This document shows, in pieces, positions 38,106 to 52,021 of a stretch of DNA of 64,000 bases (position 1 is the first letter of the stretch; each line of letters begins with the position of its first letter). Made by a program: the position numbers and the translations under genes. The notes below the pieces were generated by a model that searched no databases, was not told the DNA's origin, and saw only the letters and a list, made by a program, of their open reading frames with translations. Where the stretch lies: the NCBI RefSeq assembly GCF_988242995.1, contig NZ_OZ547043.1; one strand, written 5' to 3'.

Positions 38106-38736
38106 GTATATCGTCATTGAGGGGCTGGAAGGCGCAGGCAAAACTACCGCGCGTAACGTGGTGGTTGAGACGCTCGAGCAACTGGGTATCCGCGACATGG
38201 TTTTCACTCGGGAACCTGGCGGTACGCAACTTGCCGAAAAGTTAAGAAGCCTGGTGCTGGATATCAAATCGGTAGGCGATGAAGTCATTACCGATAAAGC
38301 CGAAGTTCTGATGTTTTATGCCGCGCGCGTTCAACTGGTAGAAACGGTCATCAAACCTGCGCTGGCTAACGGCACCTGGGTGATTGGCGATCGCCACGAT
38401 CTCTCCACTCAGGCGTATCAGGGCGGCGGACGTGGTATTGACCAACATATGCTGGCAACACTGCGTGATGCTGTTCTCGGGGATTTTCGCCCCGACTTAA
38501 CGCTCTATCTCGATGTTACCCCGGAGGTTGGCTTAAAACGCGCGCGTGCGCGCGGCGAGCTGGATCGTATTGAGCAAGAATCTTTCGATTTCTTTAATCG
38601 CACCCGCGCCCGCTATCTGGAACTGGCAGCACAAGATAAAAGCATTCATACCATTGATGCCACCCAGCCGCTGGAGGCCGTGATGGATGCAATCCGCACT
38701 ACCGTGACCAACTGGGTGAAGGAGTTGGACGCATGA
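38095..38736 (+). CDS. tmk: thymidylate kinase
   Basis: Track ORF 213 aa, P-loop GLEGAGKTT; overlaps the mltG 3' end by 11 nt. Confidence 0.95.
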
Positions 38737-39737
38737 GATGGTATCCATGGTTACGACCTGATTTCGAAAAACTGGTAGCCAGCTATCAGGCCGGAAGAGG
38801 TCACCATGCGCTACTCATTCAGGCGTTACCGGGCATGGGCGATGATGCTTTAATCTACGCCCTGAGCCGTTATTTACTCTGCCAACAACCGCAGGGCCAC
38901 AAAAGTTGCGGTCACTGTCGTGGATGTCAGTTGATGCAGGCTGGCACACATCCCGATTACTACACCCTGGCTCCCGAAAAAGGGAAAAATGCGCTGGGCA
39001 TTGATGCGGTACGTGAGGTCACCGAAAAGCTGAATGAGCACGCACGCTTAGGTGGTGCGAAAGTTGTCTGGGTAACCGATGCTGCCTTACTAACCGACGC
39101 CGCGGCTAACGCATTGCTGAAAACGCTTGAAGAGCCACCAGCAGAAACGTGGTTTTTCCTTGCTACCCGCGAGCCAGAACGTTTACTGGCAACATTACGT
39201 AGTCGTTGTCGGTTACATTACCTTGCGCCGCCGCCGGAACAGTACGCCGTGACCTGGCTTTCACGCGAAGTGACAATGTCACAGGATGCACTACTTGCCG
39301 CATTGCGCTTAAGCGCCGGTTCGCCTGGCGCGGCACTGGCGTTGTTTCAGGGAGATAACTGGCAGGCTCGTGAAACATTGTGTCAGGCGCTGGCATATAG
39401 CGTGCAATCGGGCGACTGGTATTCGCTGCTAGCGGCCCTTAATCATGAACAAGCTCCGGCGCGTTTACACTGGCTGGCAACGTTGCTGATGGATGCGCTA
39501 AAACGCCATTATGGCGCTGCGCAGGTGACCAATGTTGATGTGCCGGGGCTGGTCGTCGAACTGGCAAACCATCTTTCTCCCTCGCGCCTGCAGGCTATAC
39601 TGGGGGATGTTTGCCACATTCGTGAACAGTTAATGTCCGTCACAGGCATCAACCGCGAGCTTCTCATCACCGATCTTTTACTGCGTATTGAGCATTACCT
39701 GCAACCGGGCGTTGTGCTACCGGTTCCTCATCTTTAA
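38733..39737 (+). CDS. holB: DNA polymerase III delta-prime subunit
   Basis: Track ORF 334 aa; ATGA overlap with the tmk stop. Confidence 0.95.
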   Translation: MRWYPWLRPDFEKLVASYQAGRGHHALLIQALPGMGDDALIYALSRYLLCQQPQGHKSCGHCRGCQLMQAGTHPDYYTLAPEKGKNALGIDAVREVTEKLNEHARLGGAKVVWVTDAALLTDAAANALLKTLEEPPAETWFFLATREPERLLATLRSRCRLHYLAPPPEQYAVTWLSREVTMSQDALLAALRLSAGSPGAALALFQGDNWQARETLCQALAYSVQSGDWYSLLAALNHEQAPARLHWLATLLMDALKRHYGAAQVTNVDVPGLVVELANHLSPSRLQAILGDVCHIREQLMSVTGINRELLITDLLLRIEHYLQPGVVLPVPHL

Positions 39738-39747
39738 GAGAGACATC

Positions 39748-40545
39748 ATGTTTTTAGTCGACTCACACTGCCATCTCGATGGTCTGGATTATGAATCTTT
39801 GCATAAGGACGTGGATGACGTTCTGGCGAAAGCCGCCGCACGCGATGTGAAATTTTGTCTGGCAGTCGCCACAACATTACCGGGTTATTTACATATGCGG
39901 GATCTGGTAGGCGAACGTGACAACGTCGTATTTTCTTGTGGCGTGCATCCACTCAACCAGAATGATCCCTATGATGTAGAAGATTTACGCCGTCTGGCGG
40001 CAGAAGTGGGCGTTGTTGCGCTGGGTGAAACCGGGTTGGATTATTATTACACGCCGGAAACTAAAGTACGTCAGCAAGAGTCCTTCATTCATCATATCCA
40101 GATTGGTCGTGAACTGAACAAGCCGGTTATCGTCCATACCCGTGACGCCCGCGCCGATACGCTGGCAATTCTGCGCGAAGAAAAAGTGACGGATTGCGGT
40201 GGCGTACTACACTGTTTTACAGAGGACAGAGAAACGGCGGGTAAATTACTGGATCTCGGATTTTACATCTCCTTTTCCGGCATTGTGACCTTCCGTAATG
40301 CGGAGCAACTGCGCGATGCTGCGCGTTATGTCCCCCTGGATCGGTTACTGGTAGAAACTGACTCACCTTACCTTGCACCGGTTCCGCATCGAGGAAAAGA
40401 GAATCAACCTGCGATGGTTCGTGACGTTGCAGAATACATGGCTGTGTTGAAAGGTGTTGCCGTTGAAGAACTGGCGCAGGTAACCACCGATAACTTCGCC
40501 CGTCTGTTTCACATCGACGCTTCCCGCCTTCAATCCATCCGTTGA
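39748..40545 (+). CDS. ycfH: TatD-family metal-dependent nuclease YcfH
   Basis: Track ORF 39688..40545 trimmed to ATG 39748 ([11 protein letters not shown]), 265 aa. Confidence 0.9.
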   Translation: MFLVDSHCHLDGLDYESLHKDVDDVLAKAAARDVKFCLAVATTLPGYLHMRDLVGERDNVVFSCGVHPLNQNDPYDVEDLRRLAAEVGVVALGETGLDYYYTPETKVRQQESFIHHIQIGRELNKPVIVHTRDARADTLAILREEKVTDCGGVLHCFTEDRETAGKLLDLGFYISFSGIVTFRNAEQLRDAARYVPLDRLLVETDSPYLAPVPHRGKENQPAMVRDVAEYMAVLKGVAVEELAQVTTDNFARLFHIDASRLQSIR

Positions 40546-40719
40546 ATGAGTTTTTTTAAAGCTCGTAATTAATGGCTAAAACGAGTAAAGTTCACCGCCG
40601 AAAATTGGGCGGTGAATAACCACGTTTGAAATATTGTGACATATGTTTTGTCAAAATGTGCAACTTCTCCAATGATCTGAAGTTGAAACGTGATAGCCGT
40701 CAAACAAATTGGCACTGAA

Positions 40720-40745
40720 TTATTTTACTCTGTGTAATAAATAAA
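40720..40745 (+). promoter_or_regulatory. candidate Mlc operator in the ptsG promoter
   Basis: AT-rich palindrome TTATTTTACTCTGTGTAATAAATAAA (TTATTT...AAATAA arms) about 100 nt upstream of ptsG; ptsG is the classical Mlc target. Confidence 0.5.
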
Positions 40746-40811
40746 GGGCGCTTAGATGCCCTGTACACGGCGAGGCTCTCCCCCCTTGCCACGCGTGAGA
40801 ACGTAAAAAAA

Positions 40812-40842
40812 GCACCCATACTCAGGAGCACTCTCAATTATG
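40812..40842 (+). promoter_or_regulatory. ptsG translation initiation region, expected SgrS sRNA pairing site
   Basis: Established knowledge that SgrS pairs around the ptsG SD/start; sequence CCCATACTCAGGAGCACTCTCAATTATG read directly. Confidence 0.4.
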
Positions 40843-42273
40843 TTTAAGAATGCATTTGCTAACCTGCAAAAGGTCGGTAAATCGCTGATGCTGCCGGTAT
40901 CCGTACTGCCTATCGCAGGTATTCTGCTGGGCGTCGGTTCCGCGAATTTCAGCTGGCTGCCCGCCGTTGTATCGCATGTTATGGCAGAAGCAGGCGGTTC
41001 CGTCTTTGCAAACATGCCACTGATTTTTGCGATCGGTGTCGCCCTCGGCTTTACCAATAACGATGGCGTATCCGCGCTGGCCGCAGTTGTTGCCTATGGC
41101 ATCATGGTTAAAACCATGGCCGTGGTTGCGCCACTGGTACTGCATTTACCTGCTGAAGAAATCGCCTCTAAACACCTGGCGGATACTGGCGTACTCGGAG
41201 GGATTATCTCCGGTGCGATTGCAGCGTATATGTTTAACCGTTTCTACCGTATTAAGCTGCCTGAGTATCTTGGCTTCTTTGCCGGTAAACGCTTTGTGCC
41301 GATCATTTCTGGCCTGGCTGCCATCTTTACTGGCGTTGTGCTGTCCTTCATTTGGCCGCCGATTGGTTCTGCAATCCAGACCTTCTCTCAGTGGGCTGCT
41401 TACCAGAACCCGGTAGTTGCGTTTGGCATTTACGGTTTCATCGAACGTTGCCTGGTACCGTTTGGTCTGCACCACATCTGGAACGTACCTTTCCAGATGC
41501 AAATTGGTGAATACACCAACGCAGCAGGTCAGGTTTTCCACGGCGACATTCCGCGTTATATGGCGGGTGACCCGACTGCGGGTAAACTGTCTGGTGGCTT
41601 CCTGTTCAAAATGTACGGTCTGCCAGCTGCCGCAATTGCTATCTGGCACTCTGCTAAACCAGAAAACCGCGCGAAAGTGGGCGGTATTATGATCTCCGCG
41701 GCGCTGACCTCGTTCCTGACCGGTATCACCGAGCCGATCGAGTTCTCCTTCATGTTCGTTGCGCCGATCCTGTACATCATCCACGCGATTCTGGCAGGCC
41801 TGGCATTCCCAATCTGTATTCTTCTGGGGATGCGTGACGGTACGTCGTTCTCGCACGGTCTGATCGACTTCATCGTTCTGTCTGGTAACAGCAGCAAACT
41901 GTGGCTGTTCCCGATCGTCGGTATCGGTTATGCGATTGTTTACTACACCATCTTCCGCGTGCTGATTAAAGCACTGGATCTGAAAACGCCGGGTCGTGAA
42001 GATGCGACTGAAGATGCAAAAGCGACAGGTACCAGCGAAATGGCACCGGCTCTGGTTGCTGCATTTGGTGGTAAAGAAAACATTACTAACCTCGACGCAT
42101 GTATTACCCGTCTGCGCGTCAGCGTTGCTGATGTGTCTAAAGTGGATCAGGCTGGCCTGAAGAAACTGGGCGCAGCGGGCGTAGTGGTTGCTGGTTCTGG
42201 TGTTCAGGCGATTTTCGGTACTAAATCCGATAACCTGAAAACCGAGATGGATGAGTACATCCGTAACCACTAA
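40840..42273 (+). CDS. ptsG: glucose-specific PTS enzyme IICB
   Basis: Track ORF 477 aa; matches recalled PtsG. Confidence 0.97.
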
Positions 42274-42295
42274 TCCGTAAGACGTTGGGGAGACT

Positions 42296-42321
42296 AAGGC
42301 AGCCGGATGGCTGCCTTTTTT
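42296..42321 (+). terminator. intrinsic terminator of ptsG (between convergent ptsG and fhuE)
   Basis: GGCAGCC-ggat-GGCTGCC hairpin 42298-42315 followed by T6. Confidence 0.7.
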
Positions 42322-42332
42322 ACAGGTGTTAT

Positions 42333-44522
42333 TCAGAATTGATACGTGCCGGTAATGCTGAAATTACGCGGTGCGCCGTAGACGATAGAACCTTCCACGT
42401 TGGTATCGTAGGTTTTGTCGAACAGGTTATTGACGTTCCCCTGTAACGAGAAGTTTTTCGTCACCTGGTAGCGGGTGAAGAGATCCACCAGCGCGTAGCT
42501 ACCTTGCTCGGCGCGGAAGGTGCCATACGGTGTCACGGTGTCGGTATACACGCGATTTTGCCAGTTAACACCACCGCCGACCGTCAACTCTGGCATGACA
42601 GGCAACCGGTAGCTGGTGAACATTTTAACCGTGGTGCGTGGCAGATTAGGATTAACGGCGTTTCCTTCGTTATCCTCTGCAATATAGCGCGTTGCGCCAA
42701 ACGTCAGCTGCCAGTTGTCGGTAATTGCGCCGTTGAGTTCAAATTCCACACCTTTACTGACTGTCCCATCCACCGCTTTATAGGCGGTTTCGCCGTTGCT
42801 GCCGGGGATAGGTGTACCGGTGGACTGAGCGACATTATCCTGCTCAATACGGAAGATGGCTAACGTGGTGGTCAGACGGCTATTCATCCAGTCCGATTTC
42901 AGACCCAGCTCGTAGTTGTTACCGGTGATTGGAGCCAGATATTTGCCTGAACTGTCACGATCATTTTGCGGCTGGAAAATAGAGGTATAGCTGGCGTAGG
43001 TCGACCAGTTGTCATTGATGTCAAACACCAGACCAGCGTAAGGCGTGGTGTGGTTTTTCTCCATGCTGTAAGTCAGCGTATCAACCCGCCAGTTGGTATA
43101 ACGTGCGCCGAGGATCAGATGCAGCGGATCGGCAAGGGTGACACGAGTGGCAGCATATAACGATTTCATATGTGTGGTATCGTCCTGCGCCAGGCTCTGT
43201 GGTGACCAGTCGGTTTGTGGGAAATTGCCATTAAAGTTGTAGAAACTGCCAATTTCATCCGGGAAGATGTTGGCCCATGAACTGAAGTAACGATTGTTTT
43301 GTTTGCTGTAACTGCCACCAAACATTAGATTGTGCTGACGACCAAACAATTCATAACTACCGTCAGCAAACAAATCCAGCGCATCAACTTTACGTTTGCC
43401 GCTGTTCCAACCGGTACCGCCGACATAATCAAAGCCAGGTCCATAATTACTGTATGGCCCAACCAGCATACCATCCGCTTTGTTTACATAGGCATCGACA
43501 TACATCATTTTGCTGTCAAATTCGACTTCGGAGTGGGTGGCATTCAGTGTCGCTTGCCAGGTATCAGCAAACCGCTGCTTCAGGGTCATAAAGACCTTGT
43601 TGATCTCTTTATCGTTGTACGCCCAGTCAGGTGCGGTACTGCGTGCGCGATCGTAACTGTTGCTGCTGCCATCAGTATTCCAGCGCGGTAAACCGCCCCA
43701 CGTTGGGCTATTAACATCAATGCGCTGATATTCGTAACCGGCTGAAAGCGTCGTAAGATCGCCTAAATCAGCATCAACAATGCCGGAGAAGAAGGTCTTT
43801 TCACTGTTGTAGCGGTCCAGCCATGAGTCGTTATTCTGGTAGCCGCCGACAATTCGCGCGCGGATTTTACCATCTTCGGTGAGTGGACTTTGTAAATCCG
43901 CCACATACCGTTCTTTGTTCCAGCTACCGTATTCCGCCGAGACATCGCCTTTAAATTCACGACTGGTCGCGTGTTTTCGAACCATATTAATTGCCGCAGA
44001 TGGATTACCCGTCCCGGTCATGAGTCCTGTCGCGCCACGCACTACTTCTACGCGTTCAAACAGTGCCATATCAGAAAGTGCGTCGCCCAGATTCCAGCGC
44101 GATTCAAAATAGGTGGGGATACCATCAACCATATAGTTATCAATCTGGAATCCGCGGGAATAATAAAGAGCACGATCGGAATCCGCCTGACTTTTGCTGA
44201 TCCCCAGCGTGTTTTCCATCACTTCGCCCAGCGTTTGTAACTGCTGATCTTCCATCCGCTGCTGACTAACAATAGTGACCGACTGAGGAATATCACGTTG
44301 AGTCATCTGCATTTTGGTACCCGCAGAGGTAGACGTTACGCTGTAATCATTTTCGTCATCAACTGGAGTAGTGGCTGAACCCTCAACAATCACCGTTTCT
44401 TCAGTGGCTGGTGCAGCAAAAGCGGCGGAAGGTAAGAGTGCCAGTGCTATGCAGGCGGCAAGCAGTGACGGTTTGGAGGTGGTTTGATGTTGATTATCCC
44501 TGTTAAATTGTGTTGAAAGCAT
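42333..44522 (-). CDS. fhuE: TonB-dependent outer-membrane receptor for coprogen/ferric rhodotorulic acid FhuE
   Basis: Track ORF 729 aa; signal peptide, TonB box region and C-terminal beta-barrel ending in F. Confidence 0.95.
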   Translation of the reverse strand: MLSTQFNRDNQHQTTSKPSLLAACIALALLPSAAFAAPATEETVIVEGSATTPVDDENDYSVTSTSAGTKMQMTQRDIPQSVTIVSQQRMEDQQLQTLGEVMENTLGISKSQADSDRALYYSRGFQIDNYMVDGIPTYFESRWNLGDALSDMALFERVEVVRGATGLMTGTGNPSAAINMVRKHATSREFKGDVSAEYGSWNKERYVADLQSPLTEDGKIRARIVGGYQNNDSWLDRYNSEKTFFSGIVDADLGDLTTLSAGYEYQRIDVNSPTWGGLPRWNTDGSSNSYDRARSTAPDWAYNDKEINKVFMTLKQRFADTWQATLNATHSEVEFDSKMMYVDAYVNKADGMLVGPYSNYGPGFDYVGGTGWNSGKRKVDALDLFADGSYELFGRQHNLMFGGSYSKQNNRYFSSWANIFPDEIGSFYNFNGNFPQTDWSPQSLAQDDTTHMKSLYAATRVTLADPLHLILGARYTNWRVDTLTYSMEKNHTTPYAGLVFDINDNWSTYASYTSIFQPQNDRDSSGKYLAPITGNNYELGLKSDWMNSRLTTTLAIFRIEQDNVAQSTGTPIPGSNGETAYKAVDGTVSKGVEFELNGAITDNWQLTFGATRYIAEDNEGNAVNPNLPRTTVKMFTSYRLPVMPELTVGGGVNWQNRVYTDTVTPYGTFRAEQGSYALVDLFTRYQVTKNFSLQGNVNNLFDKTYDTNVEGSIVYGAPRNFSITGTYQF

Positions 44523-44594
44523 TTGAAATCTCTTGGTTTATGTTGTCGTCAGGCTCATGCCGGAGCAGGGTGATGAGCGGTTATATTTAGTGTG

Positions 44595-44647
44595 CGAATA
44601 ATTTTGCATGTAAATGCAAATGAGAAATATACTCATTCATATTTATC
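44595..44647 (-). promoter_or_regulatory. candidate Fur operator region of fhuE
   Basis: AT-rich hexamer-like repeats and palindromes (TTTGCATGTAAATGCAAA; AATGAGAAATATACTCATT) 75-125 nt upstream of fhuE; only a loose match to the GATAATGATAATCATTATC consensus. Confidence 0.3.
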
Positions 44648-44855
44648 GTGTAAACCAAACAGAGAATGTCTTTTCAGCGCATTCGCAGGCAGAAATGGGA
44701 TTAATGGCGATATATACGGCAGCAAAACGATTTTTTGCTTAAGAAATCGTGAGTTAAGGTTGAAAGAGCAGGTTTAACTCGACCATACTCTATACTCGCA
44801 GTGTGGCGCGGCGTAGCATGGCGCAACGCATGGCTATTTGAAAAAGGAAAATGTC

Positions 44856-45215
44856 GTGGCAGAAGAAACTATATTCAGCAAAATTATTCGTCGTGAGATC
44901 CCCTCCGATATCGTTTACCAGGATGATCTGGTAACGGCGTTTCGCGATATTTCGCCGCAAGCGCCAACGCATATTCTGATCATTCCAAATATCCTCATTC
45001 CAACTGTGAACGACGTGTCTGCTGAGCATGAGCAGGCGCTGGGACGCATGATCACCGTAGCGGCAAAAATTGCTGAGCAAGAAGGTATTGCCGAAGATGG
45101 CTATCGTCTGATCATGAACACCAACCGCCACGGCGGACAAGAGGTTTACCACATCCATATGCACTTGTTGGGTGGCCGTCCGCTGGGACCAATGCTGGCG
45201 CATAAAGGTCTGTAA
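44856..45215 (+). CDS. hinT: HIT-family purine nucleoside phosphoramidase HinT
   Basis: Track ORF 44838..45215 (TTG); GTG 44856 gives 119 aa starting [16 protein letters not shown] with the HIT motif HIHMHLL. Confidence 0.9.
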   Translation: MAEETIFSKIIRREIPSDIVYQDDLVTAFRDISPQAPTHILIIPNILIPTVNDVSAEHEQALGRMITVAAKIAEQEGIAEDGYRLIMNTNRHGGQEVYHIHMHLLGGRPLGPMLAHKGL

Positions 45216-45217
45216 CG

Positions 45218-45595
45218 ATGAGAAAAGGATGCTATGGGCTGGTGTCTCTGGCGTTGTTACTGCTGGTGGGCTGTCGTTCACATCCGGAAATTCCGGTGAA
45301 TGATGAGCAATCGCTGGTGATGGAGTCATCTTTATTGGCTGCGGGCATCAGTGCAGAAAAGCCCGTCCTTTCGACGTCTGATATTCAACCTTCAGCATCC
45401 TCAACGCTTTATAACGAAAGGCAAGAACCCGTTACCGTTCATTATCGTTTTTACTGGTATGACGCCAGAGGGCTGGAGATGCATCCTCTGGAAAGGCCAC
45501 GCAGCGTTACCATTCCCGCACATTCGGCGGTAACGCTGTACGGCAGCGCCAATTTTCTGGGGGCGCACAAAGTCAGACTTTATCTATATTTGTAA
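45218..45595 (+). CDS. ycfL: lipoprotein YcfL
   Basis: Track ORF 125 aa with lipobox LLVGC. Confidence 0.88.
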   Translation: MRKGCYGLVSLALLLLVGCRSHPEIPVNDEQSLVMESSLLAAGISAEKPVLSTSDIQPSASSTLYNERQEPVTVHYRFYWYDARGLEMHPLERPRSVTIPAHSAVTLYGSANFLGAHKVRLYLYL

Positions 45596-45608
45596 GGGGT
45601 GAATCTTG

Positions 45609-46230
45609 ATGACAAAAATGAGTCGCTACGCCTTGATTACCGCGCTGGCGATGTTTCTCGCCGGGTGTGTGGGGCAACGTGAACCTGCACCGGTAGAAGA
45701 AGTGAAACCAGCGCCGGAACAACCAGCCGAGCCGCAACAGCCTGTCCCCACAGTGCCCTCGGTGCCGACAATCCCGCAGCAGCCAGGCCCAATTGAGCAC
45801 GAAGATCAAACTGCACCGCCTGCGCCGCATATTCGCCATTATGACTGGAATGGCGCAATGCAGCCGATGGTCAGTAAGATGCTTGGGGCTGACGGGGTGA
45901 CTGCGGGTAGCGTCCTTCTGGTTGATAGCGTTAACAACCGTACTAACGGTTCGCTGAATGCCGCAGAAGCGACCGAAACGCTGCGAAATGCGCTGGCTAA
46001 TAACGGTAAATTTACCCTGGTTTCCGCCCAGCAGCTGTCGATGGCAAAGCAACAGTTAGGTTTGTCGCCGCAGGACAGTTTAGGCACCCGTAGTAAAGCC
46101 ATAGGTATTGCCCGTAATGTCGGCGCTCATTACGTGCTGTACTCCAGCGCCTCTGGCAACGTTAACGCTCCGACCCTACAAATGCAGCTGATGCTGGTGC
46201 AGACGGGCGAAATTATCTGGTCAGGTAAAG

Positions 46231-46250
<20 letters not shown>
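45609..46250 (+). CDS. lpoB: PBP1b activator outer-membrane lipoprotein LpoB
   Basis: Track ORF 45606..46250 (TTG); ATG 45609 gives 213 aa with lipobox LAGC and a Pro-rich linker. Confidence 0.9.
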
Positions 46251-48091
<1,841 letters not shown>

Positions 48092-48113
48092 CCCTGGCTT
48101 ATGTGAGGAAGCG

Positions 48114-48656
48114 ATGATTATCTATTTACACGGTTTTGACTCTAACAGTCCGGGTAACCACGAGAAAGTCTTACAATTGCAGTTTATTGACCCGGATGTA
48201 CGCTTGATAAGCTACAGTACGCGGCATCCGAAACATGATATGCAGCATCTGCTCAAAGAAGTGGACAAAATGTTGCAACTGAACGTCGACGAGCGTCCGC
48301 TGATTTGCGGCGTTGGTCTGGGCGGATACTGGGCGGAACGGATTGGTTTTCTTTGCGATATCCGCCAGGTGATCTTCAACCCTAATTTGTTCCCTTATGA
48401 GAACATGGAAGGCAAGATTGATCGCCCGGAAGAGTATGCCGATATTGCCACTAAGTGTGTGACCAACTTCCGTGAGAAGAATCGCGATCGTTGCCTGGTG
48501 ATTTTGTCGCGTAATGATGAAGCGCTTAACAGCCAGCGGACATCTGAAGAGCTGCATCATTATTACGAGATTGTCTGGGACGAAGAGCAGACGCACAAAT
48601 TCAAGAATATCTCCCCGCATTTGCAGCGCATTAAAGCGTTCAAAACCCTCGGGTAA
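48114..48656 (+). CDS. ycfP: UPF0227 alpha/beta-hydrolase-like protein YcfP
   Basis: Track ORF 48057..48656 trimmed to ATG 48114 ([18 protein letters not shown]), 180 aa. Confidence 0.9.
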
Positions 48657-48666
48657 ATGCCCTCGT

Positions 48667-48784
<118 letters not shown>

Positions 48785-48905
48785 CGAACGCCCTCCATAC
48801 ACACCTCACTCTATATCACTCTCACAAATTCGCTCAAATAATAAACAACAAACTCTGTTTTTTGATCTCACCCGGTAAAGTCGCCTATCTTTTCAGCAAC
48901 AAAAC

Positions 48906-48919
48906 TTGATTAACATCAA
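48906..48919 (+). promoter_or_regulatory. FNR-type binding site in the ndh promoter region
   Basis: TTGATTAACATCAA is a perfect TTGAT-N4-ATCAA palindrome about 140 nt upstream of the ndh start; ndh is a known FNR-repressed gene. Confidence 0.6.
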
Positions 48920-49055
48920 TTTTGGTATGACCAATGCACCATTCATGTTATTCTCATTAGCGAAGAACATTTTCATTGCTGTAACCTGTTGTTAATTAAG
49001 AGCTATGTTAATAACCATTAATTAACAATTGGTTAATAAATTTAAGGGGGTCACG

Positions 49056-50360
49056 TTGACTACGCCATTGAAAAAAATTGTGATTGTCGGCGGCGGTGCT
49101 GGTGGGCTGGAAATGGCAACACAGCTGGGGCATAAGCTGGGACGCAAGAAAAAAGCCAAAATTACGCTGGTCGATCGTAACCACAGCCACCTGTGGAAAC
49201 CGCTGCTGCACGAAGTAGCGACTGGCTCGCTTGATGAAGGCGTCGATGCGTTGAGCTATCTGGCCCATGCGCGCAATCATGGTTTCCAGTTCCAGCTGGG
49301 TTCCGTCATTGATATTGATCGTGAAGCGAAAACAATCACTATTGCAGAACTGCGCGACGAGAAAGGTGAACTGCTGGTTCCGGAACGTAAAATCGCCTAT
49401 GACACTCTGGTAATGGCGCTGGGTAGCACCTCTAACGATTTCAATACACCAGGTGTCAAAGAGAACTGCATTTTCCTCGATAACCCGCACCAGGCGCGTC
49501 GCTTCCACCAGGAGATGCTGAATCTGTTCCTGAAATACTCCGCCAACCTGGGCGCGAATGGCAAAGTGAACATTGCGATTGTCGGTGGCGGCGCGACGGG
49601 TGTAGAACTCTCCGCTGAATTGCACAACGCGGTCAAGCAACTGCACAGCTACGGCTATAAAGGTCTGACCAACGAAGCCCTGAACGTAACGCTGGTAGAA
49701 GCGGGTGAACGTATTTTGCCTGCATTACCGCCACGTATCTCTGCTGCGGCCCATAATGAGTTAACGAAACTTGGCGTTCGCGTGCTGACGCAAACCATGG
49801 TCACCAGTGCTGATGAAGGCGGCCTGCATACTAAAGATGGCGAATATATTGAGGCTGATCTGATGGTGTGGGCAGCCGGGATCAAAGCGCCAGACTTCCT
49901 GAAAGATATCGGTGGTCTTGAAACCAACCGTATCAACCAGCTGGTGGTGGAACCGACGCTGCAAACCACTCGCGATCCAGACATTTACGCTATTGGCGAT
50001 TGCGCGTCATGCCCGCGTCCGGAAGGGGGCTTTGTTCCGCCGCGCGCTCAGGCTGCACACCAGATGGCAACTTGCGCAATGAACAACATTCTGGCGCAGA
50101 TGAATGGTAAGCCGCTGAAAAATTATCAGTATAAAGATCACGGTTCTCTGGTATCGCTGTCGAACTTCTCCACCGTCGGTAGCCTGATGGGTAACCTGAC
50201 GCGCGGCTCAATGATGATTGAAGGACGAATTGCGCGCTTTGTATACATCTCGCTGTACAGAATGCATCAGATTGCGCTGCATGGTTACTTTAAAACCGGA
50301 TTAATGATGCTGGTGGGGAGTATTAACCGCGTTATCCGTCCACGTTTGAAGTTGCATTAA
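49056..50360 (+). CDS. ndh: NADH:quinone oxidoreductase II (NDH-2)
   Basis: Track ORF 49029..50360; TTG 49056 preceded by SD AAGGGGG gives 434 aa starting [17 protein letters not shown] (FAD Rossmann motif). Confidence 0.93.
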
Positions 50361-50423
50361 TCGGCTTGTACTGGCGGATGGGGCATAAACGCTTCATCCG
50401 CCCTGGACAAATGGTACGAGCGG

Positions 50424-50444
50424 TAGGCCTGATAAGACGCGTTA
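50424..50444. repeat. left half of a REP palindromic unit split by the IS insertion
   Basis: GCCTGATAAGACGCGTTA at 50427-50444 pairs with AGCGTCGCATCAGGC at 51880-51894 to reconstitute a canonical REP. Confidence 0.75.
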
Positions 50445-50452
50445 TGAACTGC

Positions 50453-51355
<903 letters not shown>

Positions 51356-52021
51356 AGGAGATGCTCCTGCATGGCTTTCAGATATGCATTTTCTGCGCGA
51401 AGATAACGCAGCTCATTCTTCATCTCTTCCGGCGTCATGTTTGCCTCGTTTTCATGGGTATCATCAGAACGGGTCATGCTTTTCTCCTTCCTGCGCCTGA
51501 TAAAGGCCTCATTACCAGATTTGCGGTAGCCTTTTATCCAGTTTTTAACCGTGTTGTGGCTGGGAATGTTAAACCGGGCAGCTACCCGGGGTAGAGACTC
51601 AGAATGCCCGAGAGCATAAAGAACCACGCAAAGTTTATCTTCAGGAGAATAGCTACGCTTGTGTCTGCAATCCAGTGCCCGAGGACCGTGAAGAAGAAAA
51701 AGATTAATCCAGTGTGAGAGGCTGGTGTGAGAAAGTTGAAAGAGTTTTGCCGTAGAAATGATGCCTGCATGACCAGCCAGGTAATGATTTACAGCGGCAA
51801 GTTTTACTTCAAATGAATGTTTCATAAACTGCACCTTCAGATGTCAGATTATGTCCAACATTTGGGGTGCAGTTCATTAAGCGTCGCATCAGGCATTCCT
51901 TCAGACTCCTCCGAATCCCTAAGTATTTCCAGCCATTCCCGCGCTTTTCATCTTCTGTCTGATAGCTGCTTTTCTCCTTCGCTTGCATGATTGGCATAAC
52001 AGCAAAGAAGGAGGTGTTCCC

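Noticed and set aside
40590-40615. CACCGCC-n8-GGCGGTG hairpin downstream of ycfH
   Set aside because: No U-tract; insufficient evidence for a terminator
41146-42270. 374-aa minus-strand ORF
   Set aside because: Entirely antisense to ptsG, whose product matches a well-known protein over its full length; Cys/Arg/His-rich translation typical of a spurious frame
49008-49646. 212-aa minus-strand ORF
   Set aside because: Antisense to ndh; spurious
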